Below are positions 1 through 12,250 of a stretch of DNA of 64,000 nucleotides, in pieces. Within the stretch, counting starts at the first letter, position 1. Every line of letters starts with the position of its first letter. Made by a program: the position numbers and the translations under genes. The notes beneath the pieces were generated by a model that was not told where the DNA came from, searched no databases, and was given only the letters and a program-made list of their open reading frames with translations. The stretch is from Takakia lepidozioides (lineage: Eukaryota; Plantae; Bryophyta): NCBI GenBank assembly GCA_030704615.1, contig CM060732.1:16988001-17052000 (forward strand), written 5' to 3'.

Positions 1-744
1 GCCTAGGCGGCGCTCACATGAGCCATAAACACTCAAGGATTGGCAGCTCAAGGTATCTGCAGCACGAGCACCATCGCTCCTCACAAGCCGCCATCGCGCG
101 CGCTCTCGCAGCGCAAAAAGAAAGACATTAGGGTTGCGCAGGGTTTTCCCCTGACTGGCCCGTCATTCATCCTTCTCAGGATGAAAAACATCTGCCAGTC
201 TGTCCGCCCGACGGACGTTGTTTGTTTCTCATTTGCGGAGGATGAAAGACATCGTGCTTTCATCCTGTCGATCAGGAATGCGAGACCATGGAATGACAGC
301 TACTTCAATGGACATCTGCTTCCCTTTTCCCTGTGAAACCTGGCGTATCCAACGGAGGTTTGTGTGGTTGAAACTTGGTTGAAAAGTTCGTCTGTGTGCA
401 GCTGTAGGATGCATTTCAAATGAGATACCAAATGCTGCAAATGACAGAGTTCTCTCGTCTCGTCTTTCAAACCATTTTCCAATGCGGCATTGCGTTCCTC
501 GTCCAACACCTTTGTGGCAGAACACGCCATTAGCAGCAACAGTACAACCAGTACTGTACAAATCGCAGAACACACACGGGCAACGCAACGCAGCCCCGGG
601 GACCGCACGACGTCTGTGCACCTGGTAAAAATGGCGCGCGATGATGGAGTTACACGTGAGGTTTTGATGTCACCCAGTCGTATAACCCATGTTTGAATTG
701 AAAATTCTGACACCTCTCGGAGCCCGCCAATTTTTCCCACCACG

Positions 745-1260
745 ATGGGGTTACAGACTCGGGTTATACGACGTAGGGTTACATGCGTTGAGGATCTATG
801 ATCCGGGGTGACACGATATAGGGGTGACACAATAGGGGGTTACACGTCGGGGGTTACAGAGGGTGACTCAGCACATGGGGCGGGGTTACACGGTGAGGGC
901 TACATGGGGCAGGGTTACAGGGGCTGACCTTCATGGGGTTACATGGGGTTACATGGGGTGTCACGAGATGGGGTTACACATCGGGGATTACATCCGATTT
1001 TTGGGTCGGTGAGGGCTATATGGGGCGAGGGTTACATAAAGATGGAATTACATGAGGCAGAGTTACAGGGGCTGACTTGTGGCGGGTTACATGGGGTGTC
1101 ACGAGATGGGGTTGCAGGGAATTGGTGGGCTGGTGGGCTGGGGGTTACACGTCGGGGTTACAGAGGGTGACTCGGCACATGGGGTGGGGTTACACGGTGA
1201 GGGTTATATGATGCGGGGTTACATGGGACGGGGTTACAAGGAAGATGGGGTTACAAGGAA
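745..1260 (+). repeat. Strand-biased array of roughly 20 or more GGGTTACA-type motifs with internal larger duplications
   Basis: gggttaca/ggggtgaca/gggttata recur every ~15-40 bp. Blocks at ~836-900 and ~1141-1205 are near-identical, as are ~920-975 and ~1068-1115. Confidence 0.85.
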
Positions 1261-1447
1261 CTGATGGGCTGGTAGAACCGGCGGACTGGTGTCGACGACA
1301 CCGATTGGATGAGAGCGGGGGTGGGGAGGATTTGACCGAGCCCCGGCGGCTGCCTTTCGAAGGCTGTCGGAGGCGGAAAACCGGCAGTACGGGGTGTCAG
1401 GCCCGGAAGGTCTGACGCGCTCGCATTAAGTTCTTACATTACCGTCC

Positions 1448-1992
1448 TTGGACGACCGTTTAGGCGATAATTAATTCAAAATGAAAGTGCCTAACGCGTT
1501 CTGGGAATTTTTCAGATTTTGGCCTAATTGTTCGGAAACTATGCCAAAGTGCCTAATGCCTAAAACTAATTCCAGCAAAAAACTTTCAAGCCTCAGCTTC
1601 TCATGTTGCCTGTAATAAGATGAAAATTTCATTGAACAAAAATCAATACAAATATATGTGTGTGGAAATAACTTCCTACAAATCCCAATCTATTTGCTAG
1701 AGCTCCATGTAACTTTGAAACTTCGAAAGGCCCATGCATGGACTCGACAATGTCATCATATTCATCCTCCTCGCTGATCATCATGATCTCTCCATCTACC
1801 TTGTCCACCACATTGAGATCACATCATTTTCAATGTGCAGATTTGCAAGACATATACACATAGTTTCCTCTACACTAAGTCAAGGTATAGCATGAAGATG
1901 CCTAATGTGAGAAATGGTTTGAGAAACGTGCCTAAGCAGTCTGTTTGGTTTAAATAATTATTAGGCGCAAAAATGCCTAAACGGTTGTCCAA
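1448..1992. mobile_element. MITE-like non-autonomous DNA transposon relic
   Basis: 18-bp terminal inverted repeat: ttggacgaccgtttaggc (1448-1465) and gcctaaacggttgtccaa (1975-1992), one mismatch. Repeated internal gcctaa motifs near both ends. No target-site duplication (TSD) identified. Confidence 0.6.
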
Positions 1993-2515
1993 TCACAACA
2001 GATTTTCTTGGAGCATTATTAAAAATTGATATTCTATTAGTTATTGGCCGATCTTGGGGACAGCGTTCATCCAAGGCAGCATGGATGATTCAATCATCCA
2101 GAGGTAAGCAGGGAAGGGTTAGAGCGTAGCGTTGCGCAGGCGGCACGTGCGGGGGCAGTGCGCTACAACGAGAGAGAGCACGACGACCTGGGGCTAGGGT
2201 TGATCACCGTTTCTCTCCCACCTTGTCTGCCCTGCGCATTGGGGCCAGATCGTTGTGGGGCCAGATCGGTCTTAGCGAGGATGTCAGCGGTATGGCGTCG
2301 GGGGCACACATGAAGCTGGTGGCAGTGGAAACTCCGTAAGACTGCGGGGCCCTGGAGATGCTGTAGTTTATGAAAGGGGAGGAGTTTGTGAGCAATCCCT
2401 GGCAGTGTTAAGGGCGCATTTTATCGTAGGTGTGCGTGTGTATACGGCGTGTGCTGCAGAGGGCGTACTCTGGGAGGTGTGGATTCTCAGTCCCTGTCTC
2501 TGAAAATCGGGCAAG

Positions 2516-5383
2516 ATGAGTCAGTCTAAGAAGAAGAACTTCAAGATAGAGCCGTTCAAGCACAAGGTCGAGATGGATCCCAAGTATGCAGAGAAGACGT
2601 GGAAAATCTTAGAAGATGCAATTCACGAAATCTACAACCACAATGCCAGCGGCTTGAGTTTTGAAGAACTTTACAGGTAGGCTATGGGCCTCTCGCGTTT
2701 CTGATTTCTGTAGATTCCTGCTGTAACTTCCGGCTTGCAACCCTGTCATCTTCCATTTTTTCATCCCAATGAAAGGAGGCAAAATGTTTTGTTTTATTTC
2801 GTATATTCCAGTATTATGAATCATTGCTCCCCCGAGATCACACGGAAAGCGACATGCTCGAGAACTCGTATAGGCGAAAATGACAGGCCATGTACTGGCA
2901 GTTTCTGCAAACCTGCTTAGGGTTTGATGTGTTGATTGTGAATTGTCTTGATCAATCTTAGTAGGGATGGTTTGCTCCCACGAATCCATTGTTTGGGATT
3001 GCATAGGTTCTCCAAATTTTATTTCTATGCGCGCCGATATTTTATTTAGAATCTATTTGTGCTGTCAAGTTGGGTTGGAAATGAGCAGATAGATTTGGCC
3101 CAATTCTTTATGCAGGATTATTGGTAGACCCCAAAAATTGACTATCTGCACGCACAGTTTTTGAACCATGGACTATGTAAGGATGTGCGTTTCGGCTCGG
3201 CCCCTGTTTACTCGTCAAAATGTGTTGATTGTGTTGTCTTGCTAGTGTTACTGGACTGGATACCTTCACCTGGAATCCTCTCAGAATAGTAAGTGCTCCA
3301 TCCAGAGCAGAAACTTATTGTTTATGGATGAGATGGCAGGAATGCCTACAACATGGTGCTTCATAAGTATGGCGAAAAGCTGTATTCAGGTCTTGTAAAC
3401 ACAATGACCCAGCATTTACGGGAGATTGCAAGGATTGTGGAGGAGGCACAAGGAGGCTTGTTCCTTGAGGAGCTTGACTCTAAATGGCGGGAGCACAACA
3501 AATCACTGCAAATGATTCGGGACATTCTAATGTACATGGACCGAACATATGTGACCAACTTCAATAAGACCCCTGTTCATGAGCTTGGCCTCAATTTGTG
3601 GAGGGATAACATAGTAAGATCTCCCAAAATCAGGGACCGGTTGCTGGGTACTCTGCTCGACCTGGTACATAGAGAGCGAACAGGGGAGGTGATCAACCGC
3701 GGCTTGATGCGAAACATCACGAAAATGCTGGTGGATTTGGGGCCCCAAGTCTATCAGGAAGATTTCGAGAGACCTTTCCTTGAAGCTGCTGCTGACTTCT
3801 ACCGGCTGGAGTCGCAGCAGTTCATCGAAACCAGTGACTGTGCTGACTATTTAAGAAAGGCAGAGAGGAGGCTGAATGAGGAGATCGACAGGGTTACCCA
3901 CTATCTAGATCCCAAAAGTGAGGCAAAAATTACTGCTGTTGTGGAGAAGGAGGTCATTGGGAACCACATGAAACTTCTCGTGGAGATGGAGAATTCTGGG
4001 CTGGTTTCCATGCTCATTGATGACAAGTATGATGATCTGGGGCGAATGTACAATTTATTTCGCCGTGTGTTGACAGGTCTGCAGACAATCCGAGACCTTA
4101 TGACAGGTCATTTGCGTGACACTGGGAGGCAGCTTGTCATGGATCCCGAAAGGTTGAAAGATCCTGTAGAGTTTGTGCAACGGTTGCTCGATGAGAAGGA
4201 CAAGTATGACAATATCATTCAGCATTCATTCAGCAATGATAAGACATTCCAAAATGCTCTAAACTCATCATTTGAGTTCTTCATCAATCTCAATGTTCGG
4301 TCACCTGAGTTCATCTCCCTATTTGTGGATGACAAGCTGAGGAAGGGTCTGAAGGGTGTGAGTGAAGAGGATGTAGAGTCCGTGCTTGATAAGGTGATGA
4401 TGTTGTTCCGGTACTTGCAAGAAAAAGATGTTTTTGAGAAGTATTATAAGCAGCATCTAGCCAAGCGCCTCTTGTCAGGCAGAACTGTTTCAGATGATGC
4501 AGAGCGAAGCCTTATTGTGAAGCTTAAGACAGAGTGTGGTTACCAGTTTACATCAAAGCTGGAAGGTATGTTCACGGATATGAAAACATCACGGGACACT
4601 ATGCAAGGCTTCAATGCCATGCTGGCTGGTACTGAACCCAATGATGGACCGACTCTCGCAGTGCAAGTGCTTACAACGGGCTCATGGCCAACGCAGTCTG
4701 GTGCAAGGTGTAACTTGCCCACAGAGATCCTGGCCATGTGCGACAAATTCAAGGATTATTATTTGTCTACTCACACAGGCCGACGCCTCACATGGCAAAC
4801 CAACATGGGCACAGCAGACTTGAAAGCTACCTTTGGGAATGGGAATAAGCATGAGCTTAACGTCTCCACGTACCAAATGTGCATTCTTTTGTTGTTCAAC
4901 ATGACGGATCACTTGACGTACAGAGAAATTGAGCAAGCAACTGACATACCAGCACAGGATTTGAAGAGGAATCTACAGTCATTGGCTTGCGTGAAGGGGA
5001 AGAATGTGTTGCGGAAAGATCCAATGAGCAAGGACATCAGTGAGGATGATGTGTTTTTGTTCAATGACAAGTTCACCAGTAAATTCTACAAGGTGAAGAT
5101 CAGTACAGTTGTTGCTCAGAAGGAAAGTGAACCTGAGAAACAGGAGACTCGTCAAAAGGTGGAGGAAGATAGAAAGCCACAGATAGAGGCTGCCATTGTC
5201 AGAATCATGAAGTCCAGACGTCTCTTGGACCACAATAATATCATCAGCGAGGTGACCAAGCAGCTACAAGCTCGCTTTCTGCCAAATCCTGCAGTGATCA
5301 AGAAACGTATTGAGTCGTTAATTGAGAGGGAATTTCTTGAAAGGGATAGAGTTGATAGAAAACTGTATCGTTACCTTGCCTAA
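2516..5383 (+). CDS. CUL3: Cullin-3, 2 exons (2516-2676, 3340-5383), 734 aa
   Basis: Exon 1 is [16 protein letters not shown]...[12 protein letters not shown]. The GT-AG intron 2677-3339 joins in frame to [12 protein letters not shown]. Cullin domain ([17 protein letters not shown]) and neddylation domain ([10 protein letters not shown]) are intact. Confidence 0.97.
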
Positions 5384-6500
5384 AGGCCTATATGGAGTGA
5401 AATGTAGGTAGATTTTAGCAGCATGGGTGCACTTTTTCTTTGCGTGGTAACAGTGCCTGAATGTTGCTTTGTGAATATTGAAATACATTCAGCTCTGGTA
5501 TGCACGGTAGAGCTATTGGGGTGCCATTTGGTTGGTAAAATTGAAGTCCGCTTCCTAGCAGAGCACTCATTGGGGATTGGCAGCTGCATCTTTTGTTGAG
5601 ACAGCAATGTGAAGCAATGCCATGGAGAATTATCCAGATGCTTATCCGCAATGGCTGCTTCCTAGGTAAGTGCATGTGGAAAATCTGTCAAGTTCGCTCC
5701 GTCTAGAATGGTAAAGATGTGCCCTTCTCTGATCGCACTTGCCCTCAACTTTGCCAAGAAGATGCCTGCTACCCAGGGGCACCAAAGCTTTTACAGGGAT
5801 GATTGGAGCTGGGGTGCCACAGTGGGGCCATCACCTTGCTTCTCATGTAGCCTGCAAGTGAGAGCTGTTGGCCAGCCAAGAGGGGGTGCACATCCTTCAA
5901 TGACAGATGAGATTTTGGTATTGACCATGAGGGGTGGTTTGAGTGTTATGCAAGGGCAACTCGAAGTATGTAAAACTATACCCTGGTGCTGAGTCCGATG
6001 GTTGTTCATAAACATGTGGTTGGAAGTTTTCAATTAGAAGTCATGCATTACAGTTGCCCCAGATTGTTAGACTTTGCATGATACGGTGACTTGTATTAAG
6101 GTGTCTTTATATTTCTGACAGTTCTTAGTTCTTCCCAATAATCTGGTGTTGTTCAATTCTCTAGAGCCCCCAGCAGGCTCTGTGATATAAACAACCCTAT
6201 AAGTATGTCTCAAAATTTGCCTATGATGGGAAAATTTTATCTTTGAACTGAGTGTGCATCCATTGAAGGCACTCAACTTTACAAGATTTCTATGTTTATA
6301 GAAGGATTAAATCTTATGCAACTGCAAATAAATTAGAATCATGTATTGATATATGATTTGTGTATTCTCTTCAGACAAAAAGGGAACGTTGGCAATTAGC
6401 TGAGTGCCATTCTACAAATAAACCCCAGTGTGATCTTATCTATTTTTAAGTTGAAAAATCAGTAGACCAACCCCATAGTAAGGAATGGTTTGAAGGAGTT

Positions 6501-8276
6501 TCAAGCTTTGCCATCAGAGGTTCGCAGGTTGAGGGATGTTGGGGGCTGCACAGGAACCAGCCTTGGTCGCTTGATAGAGCCTGAGCTGCCTTGGGAAACC
6601 TCCCAACTACCTTCCTTATCCACAACCACACGGAGGGAATTTGTTAGAGTTTCTAAAGACAGGTTCCTGTGCGTACCACCATCCATTGCTCCCTCTGTTT
6701 TGTTGGTCACAGCAAGAACAATTTTGATGCGCCCGCCGAGAGTAGAAATCTCAGCTTTTACTGTATGCAGCTGTAGGCTGTTCACAACTTTGATCAGATC
6801 TTTGATCAGATCAGGCCTATCATTACAGCAGATACATGCCCTAATAACGAGCTGATCTCCAAAGGAAGGATCGGTTTCAACCTGTAGCTCATCAACATCT
6901 GTGGGCACTGAAGCTCTCTCTCCAATTTCAGCAGCCTGTCGCTTGAGGTCCTTCAGGTGCATGATAACCTCTGCCAGCAGTGATGCTTTGTCTGTCTGCA
7001 CACCCACTCCTAAATATCAAATTTCGAGTCTAAGCGAAGTTGTTGTGCTCACACAGCCTACTCTCTACCCCTTTGCCCAGAGACTTCTGTCTCAATGGTG
7101 TGACTTTTGAGATGAAAATCAAACCTATGACTGAGCACGGACGCAATTATTCAGTGAGTCACAGACACCCTGGTGGGATACAACACACTGTCAGCTTTAG
7201 GAGAACATTCTTACCCTGAAGTGTCCATCACCACCATCAGGAGCAGGGACTATGGGTGCATTTCCACCCAAACAGCCCCCATCCAAAGAAATCACAGCAC
7301 AGGACAGAAAACTGCTTCTCTCTCTGTCTCTCAAGTAGAAAGTCCAAACCCCTCTCCTTAAGACCACTCCTGCAATAGGTAGTTGATATAGATCTCCTTA
7401 CGTTCCAATTAACATCTTTCTTCCTTTTTCCATCCAGTACAACTTTGCACTCCCATTCTTAACCCTCAAACTCTGCATTTGGAACCAAACAATACTGAAC
7501 AAGGGAAGGAGAGATAAATATCAGACATGACCCTCAGAGAGAGAGAGAGAGAGAGACACACACACACACACCTTCGTAGAGCTGGGAAGAAGGCTGCGAA
7601 GGGTGGTGAGATGGGTGTTAATACGCTCGCGTCGCCGCCTCTCAGCCTCACTGTGGCTCTTGGATGCCGCCAAGGCCTTAGCATCAAGCATTTCCTGGGG
7701 GGTCATCTTTGGGATATTGATCAACTCCCCACGTGAACCATCTAGCACAAGAGAGCCTCCCATGGAGGAAATGGGAACATATGGATAGTCACTTGCCTTG
7801 GGGTCCAAGCTTTGAGTAAGGCTAAGGGCACCTACAGGTGCAGGTCCCTGACCACCATAGACTTGGTGTGCATGCCGGTCATAATGGGAAGATGGACTAG
7901 AGGTATGGACAATCGGAAATTGAGGGAAAGAAGAGAGAGATGAAGAGGGGGTAGGGACATTTGGTAGTTGTGGAAAAGAGGAGAGAGGAAGGGCTGGCCC
8001 ACTTCCCCCTCTTAAGGGATGCATCCTACTATGAGTTTCGTCCCTGGGTGGAGATTGTTGAGTTGAAGCCACCAGCCTAGCAGGCATATCAGCAGCTGAG
8101 AAACTCAATGAAGCCTCATCAGATGGCACTTCCCATGAAGCTCGCAATGGGATGCCCCTGGTCCCAAAGTTGGAACTGGTTACAAGATCCGCATAGTGTG
8201 CTGGAAAGTGTCCTTCTGCAGAAGACCACTGAACTGGCCCACTGGTGGAAGGTTCACCTATTTCTAAAGTCTCCAT
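6501..8276 (-). CDS. bHLH transcription factor, TMO5/bHLH30-32 (subfamily Vb) type with C-terminal ACT-like domain; exons 8276-7572 and 6995-6501
   Basis: KALAASKSHSEAERRRRERINTHLTTLRSLLPSSTK | TDKASLLAEVI across a GT-AG intron 7571-6996. C-terminus IRACICCNDRPDL...KAEISTLGGRIKIV is ACT-like. The first in-frame ATG is 8276, but the frame stays open to 8342, so the true start is uncertain. Confidence 0.9.
7535..7571. repeat. (GA)n(CA)n compound microsatellite at the bHLH intron donor
   Basis: Seen directly. The GT donor on the - strand is the start of the (GT)n run. Confidence 0.9.
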
Positions 8277-11020
8277 CCTTGTAACTTGATACTCAGCACC
8301 ACTCAAGCGTCCTTCTGGCAGCTGCTTCCTTTTCCCCTCCAACTACAAGATCGGAAGAGTACCTGGATCCCTCAGCAAATGAATCTACCCTCAGCGGTGT
8401 AGAAAAAGAGAGATCACAGAAAAGAGACGCACAGAAAAGAGAGGGCCGGGGGTGTGCACACCGAAATAACAATACAACTTTCTGCATCAATTACAACTCA
8501 TTTCAGCTATTTGCTGACAGAAGCTGATGGAGTCCTCAATACACCCTCGTCAATTGAAGTATGATCACACATTTCAACTGAATTCCTTTACCAGGGCGCT
8601 CATTCCTGAGCACATGGATTTTGTACCCTTAGTGGCGTGGCAAATGCTGCAGCCCAATATGGGTACACACACATAAATCCTGGGGAGGGAGTTCAGATCC
8701 AGGACCACCATCTTCCCGTTGATCAAAAAATTTCTTTCTAAAGCGCTAATTGCTTTACTGGACTAGGGGCCTGGGCTGTTTCTGCTCAAACGCTCTGGGA
8801 CATTTGAGGCACTCTGTCCAGTTTCTCAGCCCCACGCTTCTTCAGAGAAATCAAGTAATTTACACCCGCTCCACATGTTGCTTAACCCAACATTTCCGAT
8901 TGACTTCAGAAAGCAGCTCGAGGCATCAACTGAATCAACACCATAAAACTTTCAAAAGTCTGACCAAACTTTGCATTACATACCAATTCTCTCTCTGCTG
9001 CACACATAGCAAACTCCGTGGCAGAGGACGGTGGCTCTGGCCCTTGATCTCTGCAGCTCGAATACCCTCCCAGTCCGACGTGCAGAACCAGCAGCCTGTT
9101 GTTTCTTGCGCTGAGCTAGACAAATGCCACTGATGAATTACAAGAGAGAGATTTGGCAGACGTTGTGACCCGAAAAAGGCATTTGGCATGCTTCTCTGAG
9201 TGCGAGGGTTGCTCGCTATCCACGTCCCATCGAAGCAACGTTAGCGGAACCGGCTCCAACCCCTTTTGAATCCCCAGGACTCCCGGTTCACGTACCAGCT
9301 ATTCCTTACAAGACCGTCTTCGGTTACAGTGGGCCAAAGCTCGTCAATACCATACATATTGCCTTCTCTCCTCTCTCTCTCTCTCTCTCTGACCTCTGTG
9401 TCTCTTACTTTGTCTCCTCACATAAAAGCCTTAAAAAATGCTTGCCTTTCCTCCCCCTCTAGCGCTCGTGTTCAAATGCTGTGCCTCTAGCTCTTCCCCT
9501 CGCACTGAAGCCTTAGATGATTCCCCATCTCTCCTCCTAGTGCCCCCTGCTCACTCTTCAACGACATCCCTCAAAGCCCCCTACTTCATCCCCGACACCG
9601 AGCAAATGCGTGAGAGAGAGACAACCTAGCAGAGAAAAGTAAGAAGCAGATCCTAGCTACCAGCTTGGAGCCTTTACACCCCGCCTCCCTGGCATAGTCA
9701 CAAAAGAATGACCGGCTCCTCTCTCTCACGCGCTGCCGCTCCCTGCAACGAGCTTGTCCCTCTTCAATGCCACCAACCCATTTCCGAGCTTGTGAGCCCG
9801 AGTGAACGCACCCAGAGACAGACAGCCTCCGCGAGCCAGTGAGATCGACGGTGGGCCCCAGCAGCCTCACCTCGGCCCCCCTCTCTTCTATCTCCTCACC
9901 TGCTACTGCCGGTACGCTGCACTGGGAGCTCGCATGCTGCCGGTACACCAGCATCAAATACGGCCTGTACCCGGTACTCGCTGATGCTTCAGCCTCCGTT
10001 CATCCCGTGGATGGATGATGAATGGATGGCGTGGGGGCTGATGAGCCGAGGCGACCGGAAGCGTTTTTAGTGCTAAACTGAGAACCCGGCGTAATGTCCC
10101 CCCGCGATTTGACCTGCGGCCTGTCAAAAGACCGGGCCAACTACACGACCTGCACGTTATGACTGACGTTTATCGTGGATGCATTTCGTTCAATTAATGG
10201 ATGATTTTCGCAGATTTTGTTACCTCATTGACATTTGAACATCGTGGCTTGGACAATCCTGCGCACTGGCTGGTGGTCCGGGGTTCAAACCCCAGTTGCT
10301 TCCTCCAGAAAAGGCCTGAATCGAGATACGCTCAGAATATATGTCACTTGGCAATAGGCCCCCTCTTTTCTTGCGGATAATCAAGTGCTGATAAAGTTAA
10401 TCCGCGACTTAAATTTAGCCCTGGTGTGATATTTTGAGCATATTCGTGGATGGATATCATTCTCTGTATTGGTGGATTGGTTTAAATACTCATTCATCCT
10501 GGCAGGCATCAGCACGTGGCAGGGTAGCCGCCATCGAGGATCGGCACTATGTCCCAGACACTGAGGGGATACAGTCAAACCTGGATAAATGTTACTTTTT
10601 TTGTTATATCACTGGACGTTAAAGAATCTTTATCTTTATCTTTATCCTAAATGTTATGGTTTTCTTACTCTGTAAAAATATACACTAAGAATGACAAGAA
10701 GAGTGTTATTTGTTTGTTATTGAATACCTACTCTCCTCTTTGTTAAGACACCTCTGTAATTGATACATTCAATAAAATAATAATAATAAAATAAAAATGG
10801 TACTAGTATTCAAATTCAAATTCATTCTTGAAATGGGCATTTGATTTGAAAGAACTAGTTTTCAATTGAAATGAGCGTTTCAATATTGAGAAGCATATTG
10901 AACTATTGAAATGGCCAGGAGACCCCTAACCGCCATTTGGGGGGCCTCCGGGAAACTTGAGAACCTCCTGTTAGGGTACTGCGAATATTTACGGGAACAA
11001 AGAACAGTAGGTTGAGCACT

Positions 11021-11461
11021 ATGTATTACACTACTTCAGTGCTCCCGAGATACTATGAGCATATGTTTGAAGAAGAGAGGAAGCATCGATGCTACCATTG
11101 TACGTGTCGGCAATGTCTTGTTATGAGGTGGATCGAGAATCCAACAAGAAGCTGTGTTTGTAGATTAAATGTGAGGTTCCACATTGGTCTAGATTTTGCC
11201 GTGAGAGCCAAAAGGTTGAATTGCAAGTGCTTGAGTAGATTTAGAATCCTCCCTGTTTGGTTATGTAGTTGTAGATTTAAGAATCAACTCGGTGAAATAT
11301 CAAATCCTAAGAGCAACGAGGAGGTCGACGAGGTCGTCGAGAGCAACGATGAGGTCGACGTCAACACTGATGAGAGCGGCGATGAGATTGAGTTTGATGG
11401 TGGACATTACGGACATAGTGGACATAGAGACATTACGTCATATTTTCTGCCATCTCTCTAA
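11021..11461 (+). CDS. Orphan 146-aa Cys-rich/acidic ORF of unknown function, adjacent to a CACTA terminus
   Basis: Open frame from ATG 11021 with CYHCTCRQC, CVC, CKC and CSC motifs, then an acidic tract (EEVDEVVESNDEVDVNTDESGDEIE). No recognisable family. Confidence 0.35.
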   Translation: MYYTTSVLPRYYEHMFEEERKHRCYHCTCRQCLVMRWIENPTRSCVCRLNVRFHIGLDFAVRAKRLNCKCLSRFRILPVWLCSCRFKNQLGEISNPKSNEEVDEVVESNDEVDVNTDESGDEIEFDGGHYGHSGHRDITSYFLPSL

Positions 11462-12250
11462 ATGTAATCTTGCATCTGAAGGACCTGTTTTAATGTTAAA
11501 TTTCTAATTGTTACGTTAACCTGTTTTACTGTTATTTGATATAACTGCCCTAATTGTGATAGAGTTCCTACTCTTGGAGCATAACAATTATCCAGGTTTG
11601 ACTATAGTGCCAGGGCTGCCCTGCCTCCCACCTGCCCAGTGTGCCATGTTCTCAGGCGCCAAGTGGGTATAGAATACGTAAAAACCTAGCTAGTGTAGTT
11701 TTGGCCACTACTACGTTTGGGGGGGGGGGGGGGGGGGGGTAGCGATGCCTGAGCGACCTCCAAACGCCGCGCGTAGCGACAGAAATACGCTACAGCACCC
11801 GGGGCGCGCCGGGGGCAAATTGCCACGTCAGTCCGATGTCGCTCCCGGAACGTCGTAGATTAGCGACCTCAGGCAATCGCTAATCCCCTGGGCCCCCTTG
11901 GACACGACCTGCGACAGCGGAATGACGCCACCCCTCCGGGCAGTCGCAATATTACGACTCCCCAGGAGTCGCAACTCAGGGCTAGGAGGGGGGGTCCATC
12001 CCTCCCCCTGCATCATGGGGCAGTCGCAAGGACGTCGCCCATCCCCAGCAATAGCCACGCGCCAGCGTCGTGGCACGTCGCACCCTGGGACATTAAAGCC
12101 CCCGCTCTGCGACGCTTGGACATCACAAAGGGGAGCGATTCTGCGTAGGGGACTGGCGACGCCCAGGAATCGCAATTCCATCGCTGCCATTTCCAGGCGT
12201 CGCTATTCCGCCATGGGTAGGGGGGTTTGCTGGCGACGCCCGGGAATCGC

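Noticed and set aside
300-830. 176-aa - strand ORF
   Set aside because: Non-ATG start inside the repeat array, no recognisable domain, and cannot be judged at the window edge.
745-1260. CRISPR array or true telomere
   Set aside because: 8-bp motif with irregular, partly duplicated spacers, no cas genes, eukaryotic context, and not a perfect tandem telomeric tract.
943-1264. Gly/Tyr-rich ORFs
   Set aside because: Translation products of the GGGTTACA repeat array.
10245-10300. Functional tRNA gene
   Set aside because: Only a T-loop/B-box-like hairpin; no acceptor, D or anticodon stems could be built.
10795-11461. Endogenous ssDNA (gemini/nanovirus-like) viral remnant
   Set aside because: tagtatt is not followed by ac or set in a hairpin, and no Rep or capsid ORF is present.
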